Positions 1 to 8,233 of a stretch of 18,551 nucleotides of DNA are shown here, piece after piece. The stretch's first letter is position 1. Each line of letters opens with the position of its first letter. Where the stretch lies: assembly GCA_043810925.1 (NCBI GenBank), contig JBDRNT010000022.1, positions 1 to 18,551 of the forward strand, written 5' to 3'. This DNA comes from Candidatus Eiseniibacteriota bacterium (GTDB lineage: Bacteria; Arandabacterota; Arandabacteria; Arandabacterales; Arandabacteraceae). The notes beneath the pieces were generated by a model, which saw only the letters and a program-made list of their open reading frames with translations, did no database searches and was not told the origin of the DNA. The position numbers and the translations under genes are program-made.

Positions 1-86
1 TCAGAGATCCTCTGGACCACGGCGTTGCGTGCATTCTTTGATTGAAGTCTCTTGATTCCGTAGGTATCCTTGTCCTTGACTTTCAT
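1..86 (-). CDS. 5' fragment of a probable DUF1670-family protein (continues off the left edge)
   Basis: Minus strand reads GGAGG-gtcgta-ATG then MKVKDKDTYGIKRLQSKNARNAVVQRIS with no stop before the edge. The RLxxK..NAVVQRIS pattern resembles DUF1670 N-termini as I recall them. Only 28 codons are visible. Confidence 0.55.
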   Translation of the reverse strand, partial: MKVKDKDTYGIKRLQSKNARNAVVQRIS

Positions 87-89
87 TAC

Positions 90-176
90 GACCTCCATGA
101 GAGAGACAGGTAAGTCCCAAAACTATGCTTCTGTGACTAACTCCTCAGGAGTGTAGTCCTCCTCTCTCATGGGGTC
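90..176 (-). promoter_or_regulatory. Inverted repeat able to sequester the RBS of the edge gene
   Basis: ccatgagagag (95-105) and ctctctcatgg (162-172) are a perfect 11-bp inverted repeat, extended by gacc (90-93)/ggtc (173-176) with t94 bulged. The SD (GGAGG, 92-96) lies inside the stem. Confidence 0.75.
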
Positions 177-178
177 AA
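150..178 (-). promoter_or_regulatory. sigma70-type promoter for the edge gene
   Basis: Minus strand TTGACC (178-173), 17 bp, TACACT (155-150). Confidence 0.65.
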
Positions 179-207
179 ATGATACGAACTAACGGTAAGA
201 CGTAAGC

Positions 208-241
208 GGGCCGCTGGAGAGAGTTTCTTCAGCGGCCCTTT
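208..241. terminator. GC-rich terminator-like hairpin just past the phosphatase stop codon
   Basis: gggccgctggaga (208-220) pairs with tcttcagcggccc (226-238). A short T run follows only on the + strand. On the minus strand the stem is followed by gcttacgtcttac. Confidence 0.6.
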
Positions 242-245
242 AACA

Positions 246-1853
246 TCAGTTTCTTTTCAACACGATGAGAGTCATGTCATCTGAGTACGGGCGGTCCTGC
301 CTGAACTGATCGACCGCGGAGAAGATGGCACCCCTTATGCCCTGGGCATCCTCCGACGAGGTGGTCGCCAGTACTTCCTCCAGTCTCTCTTCGCCGAACA
401 TGTCTCCATCCCCGTTCATGCATTCTGTTATGCCGTCGCTGTAAAGGACGAGCACGTCACCGGGGCCGAGTTGGGTTTCGGAAGTCTGATAGGTAATCTC
501 CGGCAGAATGCCGAGTGGCATTCCGCTGACCTCCAGGCAGGAAATGTCACCCGAGGACCTGCGCAACATCGGAGGATTGTGCCCGGCATTTGAATACCGT
601 ATCCTGTGCGTCGCCGGGTCGAGGATGAGATAGAACAGCGTTATGAATCGTCCTTCGCCGACGCGGCTGATCAGGTCGGAATTCAGTTTGCCGACCAACT
701 CGGACGGATTGATGTCCTCAGCCGCCCGGAGCCTGAGCAGGGCCTGGAGACTCGACATCAGCATCGCTGCCCCGATGCCCTTACCGGAAACATCCGCTAT
801 TGCTATGCCTGTGGTGTTACCCGTGGGCACTACGTCGTAGTAGTCACCGCCGACTTCCGTGCACGGCCGGTTGAAAGCCGAGAGATCATATCCCGGGATG
901 TCGGGAATATCCGACGGGAACAGGCCGGTCTGGATCTCGATTGCGATCTCCAGTTCTGCATCGAGTCTTCGCTTGTCGCGGGCAATGTCGGCAAGGAGCA
1001 CGTTCTCGATTTTTTCGGCTATCATCCCCGAAAGCGTCGAGAAGAACAAGAGATCGATATCGGTGAACTGCCGGTCGGGCTCGGTCGTATCGACATACAA
1101 GACTCCAACAGTCTTCTCGCCGTTCCATAGTGGTGTGCAGATTGCCGACCTTATCCTCAGACTGGCAATGCTCTCGCTCATCTTGAGGCTGTCATCGCCG
1201 GCGACATCTTTTATAAGAATAGCCTGGTTTTCCGCGATGGCCTTTGTTGCTATGGATTTACTTATGGCAAATGTGGTTTGCGTTCTTGTTCTTGAAATGT
1301 ATGCCCGGGGGACAAGTTCACCCTCGTCGTCCCGGAGCAATATGGCCGCCCTTTCCGCACTGGTCCTCTTAACGCACAGGCTCAAGACGGAATCCAGCAG
1401 ACTCTCCAGTGGCTTGTCCTGGACTATCTGCCGCGCGATGTCGGCTACCGTCTCGAGAAGTACTATCGGCGCCATCATCTTCTTGGGCGGGGAGGGTGCT
1501 GATAGACTCATGGTTGAAGATGGGGAGGCATCGCCGGTCTTGTCCTTGAGGAACGAGAACTTCTCAGACGGCTCGTATATGATTCTCGAATTCCCTATAC
1601 CGATCGTATCCCCGGGGGAGAGCTCCTTGAGCCCGGATATCTTCTCGCCGTTTACGAGCGTTCCGTTCCTGCTTCCGGTGTCCTGGACGCTATAGGAGCC
1701 GTTGGTCCGCAAGATCTCTGCATGCCTGCGCGAGGCCACGGGTTCATCGATACATATCTCACTCTCGGGGAGCCGCCCGATCCTGAGCGATTTCTTCTCG
1801 GTGGATACGAGCTTCTGCTCGCCCGTGCCGAGTATCACCAGAAATGATGCCAA
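246..1853 (-). CDS. FHA-GAF-SpoIIE (PP2C/RsbU-like) Ser/Thr protein phosphatase
   Basis: FHA motifs (IGR, SRRHA, D.GSRNGT), a central GAF (SAICTPL..VGVLYVD) and PP2C motifs (GGDYY, ADVSGKG, NAGH, YSDG, DDMT). TTG start preceded by GAGGTG. Confidence 0.93.
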   Translation of the reverse strand: MASFLVILGTGEQKLVSTEKKSLRIGRLPESEICIDEPVASRRHAEILRTNGSYSVQDTGSRNGTLVNGEKISGLKELSPGDTIGIGNSRIIYEPSEKFSFLKDKTGDASPSSTMSLSAPSPPKKMMAPIVLLETVADIARQIVQDKPLESLLDSVLSLCVKRTSAERAAILLRDDEGELVPRAYISRTRTQTTFAISKSIATKAIAENQAILIKDVAGDDSLKMSESIASLRIRSAICTPLWNGEKTVGVLYVDTTEPDRQFTDIDLLFFSTLSGMIAEKIENVLLADIARDKRRLDAELEIAIEIQTGLFPSDIPDIPGYDLSAFNRPCTEVGGDYYDVVPTGNTTGIAIADVSGKGIGAAMLMSSLQALLRLRAAEDINPSELVGKLNSDLISRVGEGRFITLFYLILDPATHRIRYSNAGHNPPMLRRSSGDISCLEVSGMPLGILPEITYQTSETQLGPGDVLVLYSDGITECMNGDGDMFGEERLEEVLATTSSEDAQGIRGAIFSAVDQFRQDRPYSDDMTLIVLKRN

Positions 1854-1884
1854 CAGTCACACCTCTCGCTGAGTGTTCCTGAAC

Positions 1885-1913
1885 AGATTATTCGCTCAGG
1901 CCTCAGCCGTCAA
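1885..1913 (-). promoter_or_regulatory. sigma70-type promoter for the phosphatase gene
   Basis: Minus strand TTGACG (1913-1908), 17 bp, TAATCT (1890-1885). Confidence 0.5.
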
Positions 1914-1916
1914 GCT

Positions 1917-2050
1917 CTGGGGTCAGGCTTTGAATTCTGGAATCAGATGTCCTCTCAAGCAACGCAGGGAACCTTTGAGTTTGAGACCCGGGTCAGATAT
2001 TGAAACCTTCTCTGAAATGCCTGATTCCAGAATTCAAAGCCTGACCCCAG
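1917..2050. repeat. REPIN/MITE-like element with perfect 30-bp inverted arms (GGGGTCAG family)
   Basis: ctggggtcaggctttgaattctggaatcag (1917-1946) is the exact reverse complement of 2021-2050, with a 74-bp spacer. Extra partial copies at about 1987-2005 and 2054-2060. Confidence 0.85.
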
Positions 2051-2066
2051 GTGTGACCCCGGGATG

Positions 2067-4448
2067 CTAGCGGATCATGACGAACTTGGATGTGACGGCT
2101 TTGCTTCCATGCGAAAGCTTGATGAAATAGATGCCTGAAGGTGCGGCCGCGCCACTTGCCAGCCGGCCGTCCCAGGTCAGGGTGGTGCCCGAAAGGAAAG
2201 CCTCTGTAACCGGGAGGCTCCTGACCAGTCTTCCGGAAGCATCATAGATCTTAAGAGCTACGTCGGCATTGTCCCTACTGTCGGCGGGCAAGGAATACCG
2301 TATGACCGCGCTTCCGGTGACCGGGTTCGGTGTGACCCCGACCATCAGTTTTGACGCGGGGCTACGCCCGTCGGCAATACCTGAAAGATCACCGTCTACG
2401 TTGATTGATCCAAGATAGGGCAGGTAGCCGTTCTTGGTCGCGGTTACCTTGATCTCGCCGCTTATAGTCGGTGCGATAGTAAACTGCGCGTCGCCACTGC
2501 CGTCAGTCTCTTCGACATGATAGAGATCATCACCCATCCACAGACAGACGCGGGCACCCTCCAGCGGGGAGCCTTCCGCACTTACTGTGACGGGGAAACT
2601 GTGATTGCCGACGGCAATCTCCACCGGATGCGTCGCAGACGTCGCTATCGGCGTATCAAGCCAGACCGGTGTTTCGGGATCACCGAAGAGATTGCACGTG
2701 AACTGGGTCCACCTGTCGGCGTCGTTGCTTCCCGAATAGGGTATTCTCTGGATCTTGGCATCGGCGTGAATGACGCCGAGATGGCTGTAATTCCTTACGA
2801 ACATCGACTCAAAGAATTCGCGGTCGAACCTCTCGCCGGTCCCGTAACCGGGATTCCCCGGCCAGTACCAACCGTACCTCGAATTGCCTACGAAGAAACC
2901 GCCACCCTGAGGGGACTGGATAAAGCCCCGCCCAAAGCACCCAAAGGGGTTCTCGAAGTTCCCCGGTATGCACGCGACAGTGTAGAAGACGGAATAGCGA
3001 GGTCCATTGGTGAGCGCCAGCATGTCATCCGTGTCAATGGCACCGGATCCGATCGAGAGCAACTGGGCGTTACCATGGCCGTCATGGTTGATTATGCCGA
3101 TGCCGGAGTTGAGGGCGTTCATCGTGGCACTCCAGTTGAGGTTGCCGCTCGACTGGTAAAGCTTGGTTATGGGGTCAAACCGTGAGGGCACGGATTCATT
3201 GTCTATCATGTTCTTCGAAACGGCACCGTCGGTACTCGCATCAGCGTACTCGGCAAGAAAGAGCATCTCGAGCTGGTAATCGGTAGGTAGGGCGTAAAGG
3301 CCTTCGTAAGTGAGGATCTTGCGCACAACCGTCGTGCACTCCACTCCCAGGTTCACAGGCAACCGGCCCGCATACACATCAGGGTAAAGATCGACATCAT
3401 CCCCGGTCTCTCCCCAGTATGAATCACCGTCCTGATTCCAGTCGCCGTCCAGATCTGCGTAGTAAAGATCGCAGGGAATCCCGGTGTCCACCGTGCCGCC
3501 GACACTGCAGTAGCAGCCTCTGATCTTGGCTTTGGGGGCCGATGTAGTAAGTACGACCCACACGGTGCTCTCGTTAAGGTAGAAGTCCTTTACGCAATTT
3601 CTGATCTGCTCCTGTTCATCTCTTCCGGAGTAAGTTGCCAGGACGTCGGTCATGGTTATGATCGCCGCCGGGACTCCCTTTCTCGTCTTCCAGTCCTTGA
3701 GGACCGCATACTCGTCCGCGTGGTTGTCGATACAGATTATCAGGTACTCGGTAGCGACAGATGGGTCAAGCAGACCGGCGTTTTCAGGAAAGTCGTTATC
3801 GAGGTCGCCTGGATTCTCAACCAAGTTCCGGACTATCCTGTTTCTGAGATTCCTGACGTTTCGTGTCTCCATCGGAACGGCCGGTTCGACATCTGCGTCC
3901 TCGAATTCGACCGCCACTGTTATCTCTTCGTTAAACATGATCTTGCGCTCTGCCGGCACGTACTGGATCGGGTAGATCTGAACAGCGGTCATCTTCCTGC
4001 CCGCGATGCTTCCGGAAGATACCGTGTGGACGGGTGATGCCGGGTAGGGTTCAGCCAGGGAGTAGATACTCTCATCCGGGAGAACGGGTTCGGCCACGAA
4101 GCCTTCCAATAGCGGAATCTCCTGCTGGGCCGGCAAAATGAGGTACTCTCCGGGCAGCTCACGACCGCTCACCGACTCCACGGTGATCCGGCTGATCCGG
4201 CTCCCTCGCGGCACGTACACGTTCATTGCCTTTACGGGCAGGCACGGGTGACCGGGCAGCTTCATCAGGTCAAGATCACCCATCTTGAGGAGGTCATATG
4301 TGTCCTCCGCAAGCAGGTGCCGCTCGGCCTGGACTGCGTGCCGGGAGAATTCGAACGAGAAGGTCATGACGCTCTGCCCTGCATAGAGGGTAGACGAGGC
4401 TATGAGGCACAAAAAAAGAAAGAACCCACAGGTTCTACGGAGATTCAT
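2067..4448 (-). CDS. Secreted C25 (gingipain-like) cysteine peptidase with propeptide, Ig-like domain and FlgD-Ig/T9SS-like C-terminal domain
   Basis: Signal peptide; propeptide (PGHPCLP, PIQYVP); WKTRKG, CDLYYADLDGDW, GRLP; catalytic His (HDGHG) and Cys (VAC); NLFGDP; C-terminal PNP...IYDASGRLV...WDG...SGIYFIKL. Confidence 0.92.
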   Translation of the reverse strand: MNLRRTCGFFLFLCLIASSTLYAGQSVMTFSFEFSRHAVQAERHLLAEDTYDLLKMGDLDLMKLPGHPCLPVKAMNVYVPRGSRISRITVESVSGRELPGEYLILPAQQEIPLLEGFVAEPVLPDESIYSLAEPYPASPVHTVSSGSIAGRKMTAVQIYPIQYVPAERKIMFNEEITVAVEFEDADVEPAVPMETRNVRNLRNRIVRNLVENPGDLDNDFPENAGLLDPSVATEYLIICIDNHADEYAVLKDWKTRKGVPAAIITMTDVLATYSGRDEQEQIRNCVKDFYLNESTVWVVLTTSAPKAKIRGCYCSVGGTVDTGIPCDLYYADLDGDWNQDGDSYWGETGDDVDLYPDVYAGRLPVNLGVECTTVVRKILTYEGLYALPTDYQLEMLFLAEYADASTDGAVSKNMIDNESVPSRFDPITKLYQSSGNLNWSATMNALNSGIGIINHDGHGNAQLLSIGSGAIDTDDMLALTNGPRYSVFYTVACIPGNFENPFGCFGRGFIQSPQGGGFFVGNSRYGWYWPGNPGYGTGERFDREFFESMFVRNYSHLGVIHADAKIQRIPYSGSNDADRWTQFTCNLFGDPETPVWLDTPIATSATHPVEIAVGNHSFPVTVSAEGSPLEGARVCLWMGDDLYHVEETDGSGDAQFTIAPTISGEIKVTATKNGYLPYLGSINVDGDLSGIADGRSPASKLMVGVTPNPVTGSAVIRYSLPADSRDNADVALKIYDASGRLVRSLPVTEAFLSGTTLTWDGRLASGAAAPSGIYFIKLSHGSKAVTSKFVMIR

Positions 4449-4507
4449 GGTCTACCTTCCTTTGGTGTCTATGATTAGACTGCTGAGTAGCTGCATCACC
4501 AGTTTAT

Positions 4508-4536
4508 ATCATATCTCAAATTGTGTCCTTAGTCAA
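4508..4536 (-). promoter_or_regulatory. sigma70-type promoter for the C25 peptidase gene
   Basis: Minus strand TTGACT (4536-4531), 17 bp, TATGAT (4513-4508). Confidence 0.65.
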
Positions 4537-4650
4537 GCATGTTGAACCGCGGGGTCCGCACCGGACTTGACACCCGTTCTCGGACATGGTATCCAATGGT
4601 CAGAACACCTTGACCTCGCCGTCGGACATCTGCTGCTGGAGGGACGAGCC

Positions 4651-5421
4651 GTGTCGATACTTCACGCAAAAGTAGTTGTTTCATTGTTTTTTCTTGCAGC
4701 GGGCATCGTGACGTTTTTGTCCATGCTTGCACTGATGGGCAAAGCCGAGCGGAAGGCGAGCCCGAAGACCCTGAGGGCGACCCACCTTGCCGCCGGTGTG
4801 CTGTTCACCGTATTGCTTGCCGTGCAGGCCTACCTGGGCGCCAAGTATGTTGCGGGTGTGGGCGACCAGCTCTCCTTGAGGGCCGTGTTCCATGCCGTGC
4901 TCGCGCTCGGGCTTGTGGCGGTACTTGTTGTCAAGATCCTCATTGTCCAGTATTACAGGAAGCTGATGACATACGTGCCCGCGCTAGGCATGATCGTGTT
5001 TGTACTTGCACTGGTGGTCTTCCTGACGTCTGCGGGATACGATTTTGTAAGGGAAGCGGGGGCTAAGGTCAGAGCCGGTGATGCCACAGATACCACCCAG
5101 CTTGCTGCGCAAACCGGTGAGAAGGTGGCAGAAGAGCAGCCCGCGGATACCAAAGGAGATACGCAAGGAAATGTTGAAGGCGGCCGAGTGCTGTTTGAGG
5201 GCAAGTGCAGTTTCTGTCACTTCGCCGATAGCGAAGAGTCAAGTCTGGGGCCGGGTCTTAAGAGCATTCTCACGAAAGCCAAACTTCCTTCGAGTGGTAA
5301 GCCGGCCACAGCCTCAAACATCCTGGAGCAGCTCAAAGCGCCTGTAGGTACGATGCCGGCATTCACCACGCTTACGAATCAGGAGCTGGGTGATCTCCTG
5401 GCCTTCATGCGGACTTTGTGA
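4651..5421 (+). CDS. Membrane-anchored c-type cytochrome: 4-TM domain (DUF6529-like) plus a class I cytochrome c domain
   Basis: GTG at 4651 after GGAGGG is preferred to the TTG at 4567. Four hydrophobic segments with His in ATHLAAG and VFHAVLA, then [17 protein letters not shown] and a distal-ligand-like MPAF. Confidence 0.85.
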   Translation: MSILHAKVVVSLFFLAAGIVTFLSMLALMGKAERKASPKTLRATHLAAGVLFTVLLAVQAYLGAKYVAGVGDQLSLRAVFHAVLALGLVAVLVVKILIVQYYRKLMTYVPALGMIVFVLALVVFLTSAGYDFVREAGAKVRAGDATDTTQLAAQTGEKVAEEQPADTKGDTQGNVEGGRVLFEGKCSFCHFADSEESSLGPGLKSILTKAKLPSSGKPATASNILEQLKAPVGTMPAFTTLTNQELGDLLAFMRTL

Positions 5422-5453
5422 CTGCGTTTGAGGGGCGCTTGACAGGAGGAGTC

Positions 5454-7226
5454 ATGGGAAAGTGGAAGTGCTCGGTTTGCGGTTACATTTACGATGAAGC
5501 CCGGGAAAGGGTTCCGTTCAGCGATCTTCCATCCGACTGGACGTGTCCCCAGTGTGGAGCCCCGAAGTCGGCGTTCGTCCAGATTGCCGGTGATGAAAAG
5601 GCCAGGGGCGTGGAGACAACGGTCGCCGATAAGATCGTGGAACAGCTGGTTGCCTACGGCGTCGATCGCGTGTACGGCATTCCCGGTAATTCGAATCTCC
5701 CGCTTACAGATGCTCTCAGGCGCCACCCCGGCGCCGAACTCGTCCTCGTTCGCCACGAGGAATCAGCGGCATTCATGGCTTCCGCTCACGCCAAGCTGAC
5801 AGGCCGGCTCGGAGTCTGCATGTCGATTGCCGGGCCCGGTGCCACAAACATGATAACCGGCATTGTCGATGCAGCGACAGACCGTGCCCCTGTTCTCGCA
5901 TTGCTCGGACAGGTGCCTCAACCGTTTCTCGGAAGCGAGAGCCTCCAGGAGATCCCGGAGGTCAGCATATTCGGCACGTTTTGTGGCTACGCCGAGATGA
6001 TCGTGCGGCCGTCTCAGGCTCTCGGTGCCCTGAATCTTGCCGTCAAGAAGGCGTATGCGGTTCCGGGCCCATCGGCTCTAAGCCTGCCGACCGATGTGCT
6101 TGGGGAGCCCCTGGATCAACCGATCTGGGATCCCGCTAAGCACCTCTTTGAGCCTCACCCGGTGGCCGGTGATGATGAGATCAAGCGAATAGTAGATCTC
6201 ATAGGCAAGGCAAAGCGCCCCCTGCTTTTCGCGGGATGGGGAGCAAGGCACTGCGGTCCGGCGCTGCTCGATCTCGCCCGTCATATAGGAGCTCCGATAG
6301 CGACAACGTCGCGGGCCAAGGGCGTGGTGCCCGAATCGGATGAACTTGTACTGGGTGTCCTGGGGTCGATAGGCAATCGCTTCGCCCCTGCGATCGTCAC
6401 CCAGTCGGATCTGATCGTAATCTTCGGAAGCGGGTTTCGGCAGCGAAACCTGGTGCCGGATGTGAAAAAGATACAGGTCGATATCGATGCCACGCGGGTC
6501 GGCAAGACCTTCGCGGTCGAGATTGGTATCGTCGGTGACGCCGCCAGTGTGATCGACCGCGTCAGGAAGGCAGCTTCTCCAGGTAAGATCGACCCGGATT
6601 TCATGGAGATCATCCGGTCGGCGGCATCCAAGTATGAAAGCCTGCTGGCGGCCGACGCGGCCGATACGCGGCACCCGATCAACCCCGGGTCGGTCATCCA
6701 GGCCTTGAAGCGGCAGGTCCGCAGTGATGCGATTATATGCTCTGATGTCGGTGACCACACCTACTGGTTCTACAAGCGTTTTGTCTGTGAGAACCAGAAG
6801 ACATTGCTCCGTGCCAACATGGCGGGAATGGGTTTCGGGATTCCGGCGGCGATTGCATGCCAGTTTGCCGAGCCCGACCGGCAGGTGGTTGCCATAACCG
6901 GTGACGGCGGATTCGGTATGCTTGGGATGGAGTTTACGACTGCCGTCCATAACAAGCTTCCCATAACGGTGATTGCCTTTAACGACGGGAAATTGAAGAA
7001 CATAGGCAAGGAACAGGACGAATACGGCTTTCCCCAGTACCGGATCAGCTTCCCGAACCCCAACTTCGCTGACATGGCTACATCTGCGGGCGGCCTCGGT
7101 ATAAGGGTGAGCGAGGCCGGGAAACTTGACGGTGCGCTCAAGAGCGCCCTGGATTCACCACTGCCGGCACTGGTTGAGGTGCTGGTGGATTCGGACCTCT
7201 ATATAAAGGCGGTACGGCGCACCTGA
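5454..7226 (+). CDS. Rubredoxin-fused thiamine-diphosphate enzyme (pyruvate oxidase/acetolactate synthase family)
   Basis: ATG at 5454 after GGAGGAG. Rubredoxin [11 protein letters not shown]...[14 protein letters not shown]; ThDP-enzyme motifs [24 protein letters not shown] and GDGGF...FND. Confidence 0.92.
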   Translation: MGKWKCSVCGYIYDEARERVPFSDLPSDWTCPQCGAPKSAFVQIAGDEKARGVETTVADKIVEQLVAYGVDRVYGIPGNSNLPLTDALRRHPGAELVLVRHEESAAFMASAHAKLTGRLGVCMSIAGPGATNMITGIVDAATDRAPVLALLGQVPQPFLGSESLQEIPEVSIFGTFCGYAEMIVRPSQALGALNLAVKKAYAVPGPSALSLPTDVLGEPLDQPIWDPAKHLFEPHPVAGDDEIKRIVDLIGKAKRPLLFAGWGARHCGPALLDLARHIGAPIATTSRAKGVVPESDELVLGVLGSIGNRFAPAIVTQSDLIVIFGSGFRQRNLVPDVKKIQVDIDATRVGKTFAVEIGIVGDAASVIDRVRKAASPGKIDPDFMEIIRSAASKYESLLAADAADTRHPINPGSVIQALKRQVRSDAIICSDVGDHTYWFYKRFVCENQKTLLRANMAGMGFGIPAAIACQFAEPDRQVVAITGDGGFGMLGMEFTTAVHNKLPITVIAFNDGKLKNIGKEQDEYGFPQYRISFPNPNFADMATSAGGLGIRVSEAGKLDGALKSALDSPLPALVEVLVDSDLYIKAVRRT

Positions 7227-7233
7227 AACCAAC

Positions 7234-7262
7234 TTGACCAGAATCAGTCAGTAGGTTATAAG
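7234..7262 (+). promoter_or_regulatory. sigma70-type promoter for the cytochrome c gene
   Basis: TTGACC (7234-7239), 17 bp, TATAAG (7257-7262). Confidence 0.55.
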
Positions 7263-7299
7263 AGCAGTGACCTTTGATGGTCAGAGGAGGTGATGGAGC

Positions 7300-7761
7300 A
7301 TGAGGAAACTGATTCTTCTTGCAGTCGTCGTCCTGGTCGCATCCATGGTGTTCGTGGTGTGCGCCCAGGAGGAGAAGAAGCCTGAAGTGAAGGCAGCCGA
7401 TCCTGTTGCCGAGTTCAAGGGTTCAATCGAGCGTGGCAAGGCGCTGTTCATGGATCCCAAGCTCGGCACAAACGGCCAGACCTGCACCACCTGTCATATG
7501 AAGGGCGGTACGGTCGCCAGTAAGATGGGTGATATGGATCTCAAAGCTTTCGATGCCCTCAACGCCGCGTACCCCAAGTACTGGATGACGGCAAAGAAAG
7601 TGATGACACTGGACCAGGTGGTAAACTGGTGCATAGTCACACCCCTTAAGGGTGAGGCACTCGCCTGGGACGACATGAGACTGACGGATCTCGTCGCGTA
7701 CTGCGCGTCGGTCAAGCCCGCAAAGCCGGAGATGAAGAAAGAGGAGCCGAAGGGCGAGTAG
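7300..7761 (+). CDS. Periplasmic monoheme cytochrome c, TsdA/SoxA-like domain (probable His/Cys ligation)
   Basis: Signal peptide; RGKALF..CTTCH; YPKY...VMTLDQVVNWCI...G...L.AY parallels the TsdA YPxY...LEDRINGCF pattern; SD AGGAGG upstream. Confidence 0.85.
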   Translation: MRKLILLAVVVLVASMVFVVCAQEEKKPEVKAADPVAEFKGSIERGKALFMDPKLGTNGQTCTTCHMKGGTVASKMGDMDLKAFDALNAAYPKYWMTAKKVMTLDQVVNWCIVTPLKGEALAWDDMRLTDLVAYCASVKPAKPEMKKEEPKGE

Positions 7762-7802
7762 CACACCGCGGGTCGATGTAACGACCCCTGGAAACGAAAC
7801 AG

Positions 7803-7829
7803 GCGGGACCGGGCCTGACCCGGTCCCGC
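7803..7829 (+). terminator. 11-bp GC hairpin downstream of the cytochrome gene (possible terminator or stabiliser)
   Basis: gcgggaccggg-cctga-cccggtcccgc, with no clear U tract. Confidence 0.45.
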
Positions 7830-7955
7830 ATCCGGTCTTCGCGAGCGAGTGTGTCCCAAAGGTGTCCCGCCGAATCTCGCTATAGGCAGCGCACGCAGGC
7901 GACTCACAGAGATCGGCCGTGTCCCGCCCGAATCCGACAAGGCGAAGTAAGAGCG

Positions 7956-8057
7956 ATGTCCGTTAGCGGTCTCGCCGTCGAGAAGGGTCTCATAACGCCG
8001 GGTGAGGCGTGGGACTTGTTCGACCCTGACAGGACGGTCTGGAGCCATCAGGACTGA
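7956..8057 (+). pseudogene. Possible remnant of a fumarase/aspartase C-terminal domain
   Basis: SVSGLAVEKGLITPGEAWDLFDPDR-stop resembles the SVRELxxEKGLLTxEExxxLLDP tail of FumC/AspA. The upstream sequence shows no such similarity. Confidence 0.35.
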
Positions 8058-8144
8058 GCCTGCCCCCCTTACAATACGGCGTGAAACCCACGCTTTCCTG
8101 GTAACCAGTTATGTAACTTTTGTGTAGCATGTCAACCGGCCTTG

Positions 8145-8153
8145 TGTTATAAT
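8145..8153 (+). promoter_or_regulatory. Extended -10 promoter of the Cys-rich lipoprotein gene
   Basis: TGtTATAAT about 80 nt upstream of the AAGGAGG-preceded ATG at 8234. Confidence 0.55.
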
Positions 8154-8233
8154 GCCGCATACGCATCAGGGCTCTGGTGCCACTGAGCGCGGCACGGTCC
8201 GTGGTGTGTGATGAGGATGCTAAGGAGGCATAA

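Noticed and set aside
171-180. ggggtcaa resembling the GGGGTCAG repeat core (also gggtcaa at 12073-12079)
   Set aside because: Both are the reverse complement of TTGACC -35 boxes with correctly spaced -10 boxes, and similarity to the repeat does not extend.
606-1695. Long + strand ORFs (174 and 278 aa) over the phosphatase, and similar antisense ORFs at 2517-3185, 6078-6950, 7990-8698, 9626-10255, 15640-16458 and 17067-18500
   Set aside because: Shadow ORFs opposite well-supported genes in GC-rich DNA, with no motifs or SDs.
4567-4650. ORF-track N-terminal extensions (starts 4567, 5418, 14680)
   Set aside because: Starts at 4651, 5454 and 14689 have properly spaced SDs. The TTG at 4567 is part of a TTGACA box.
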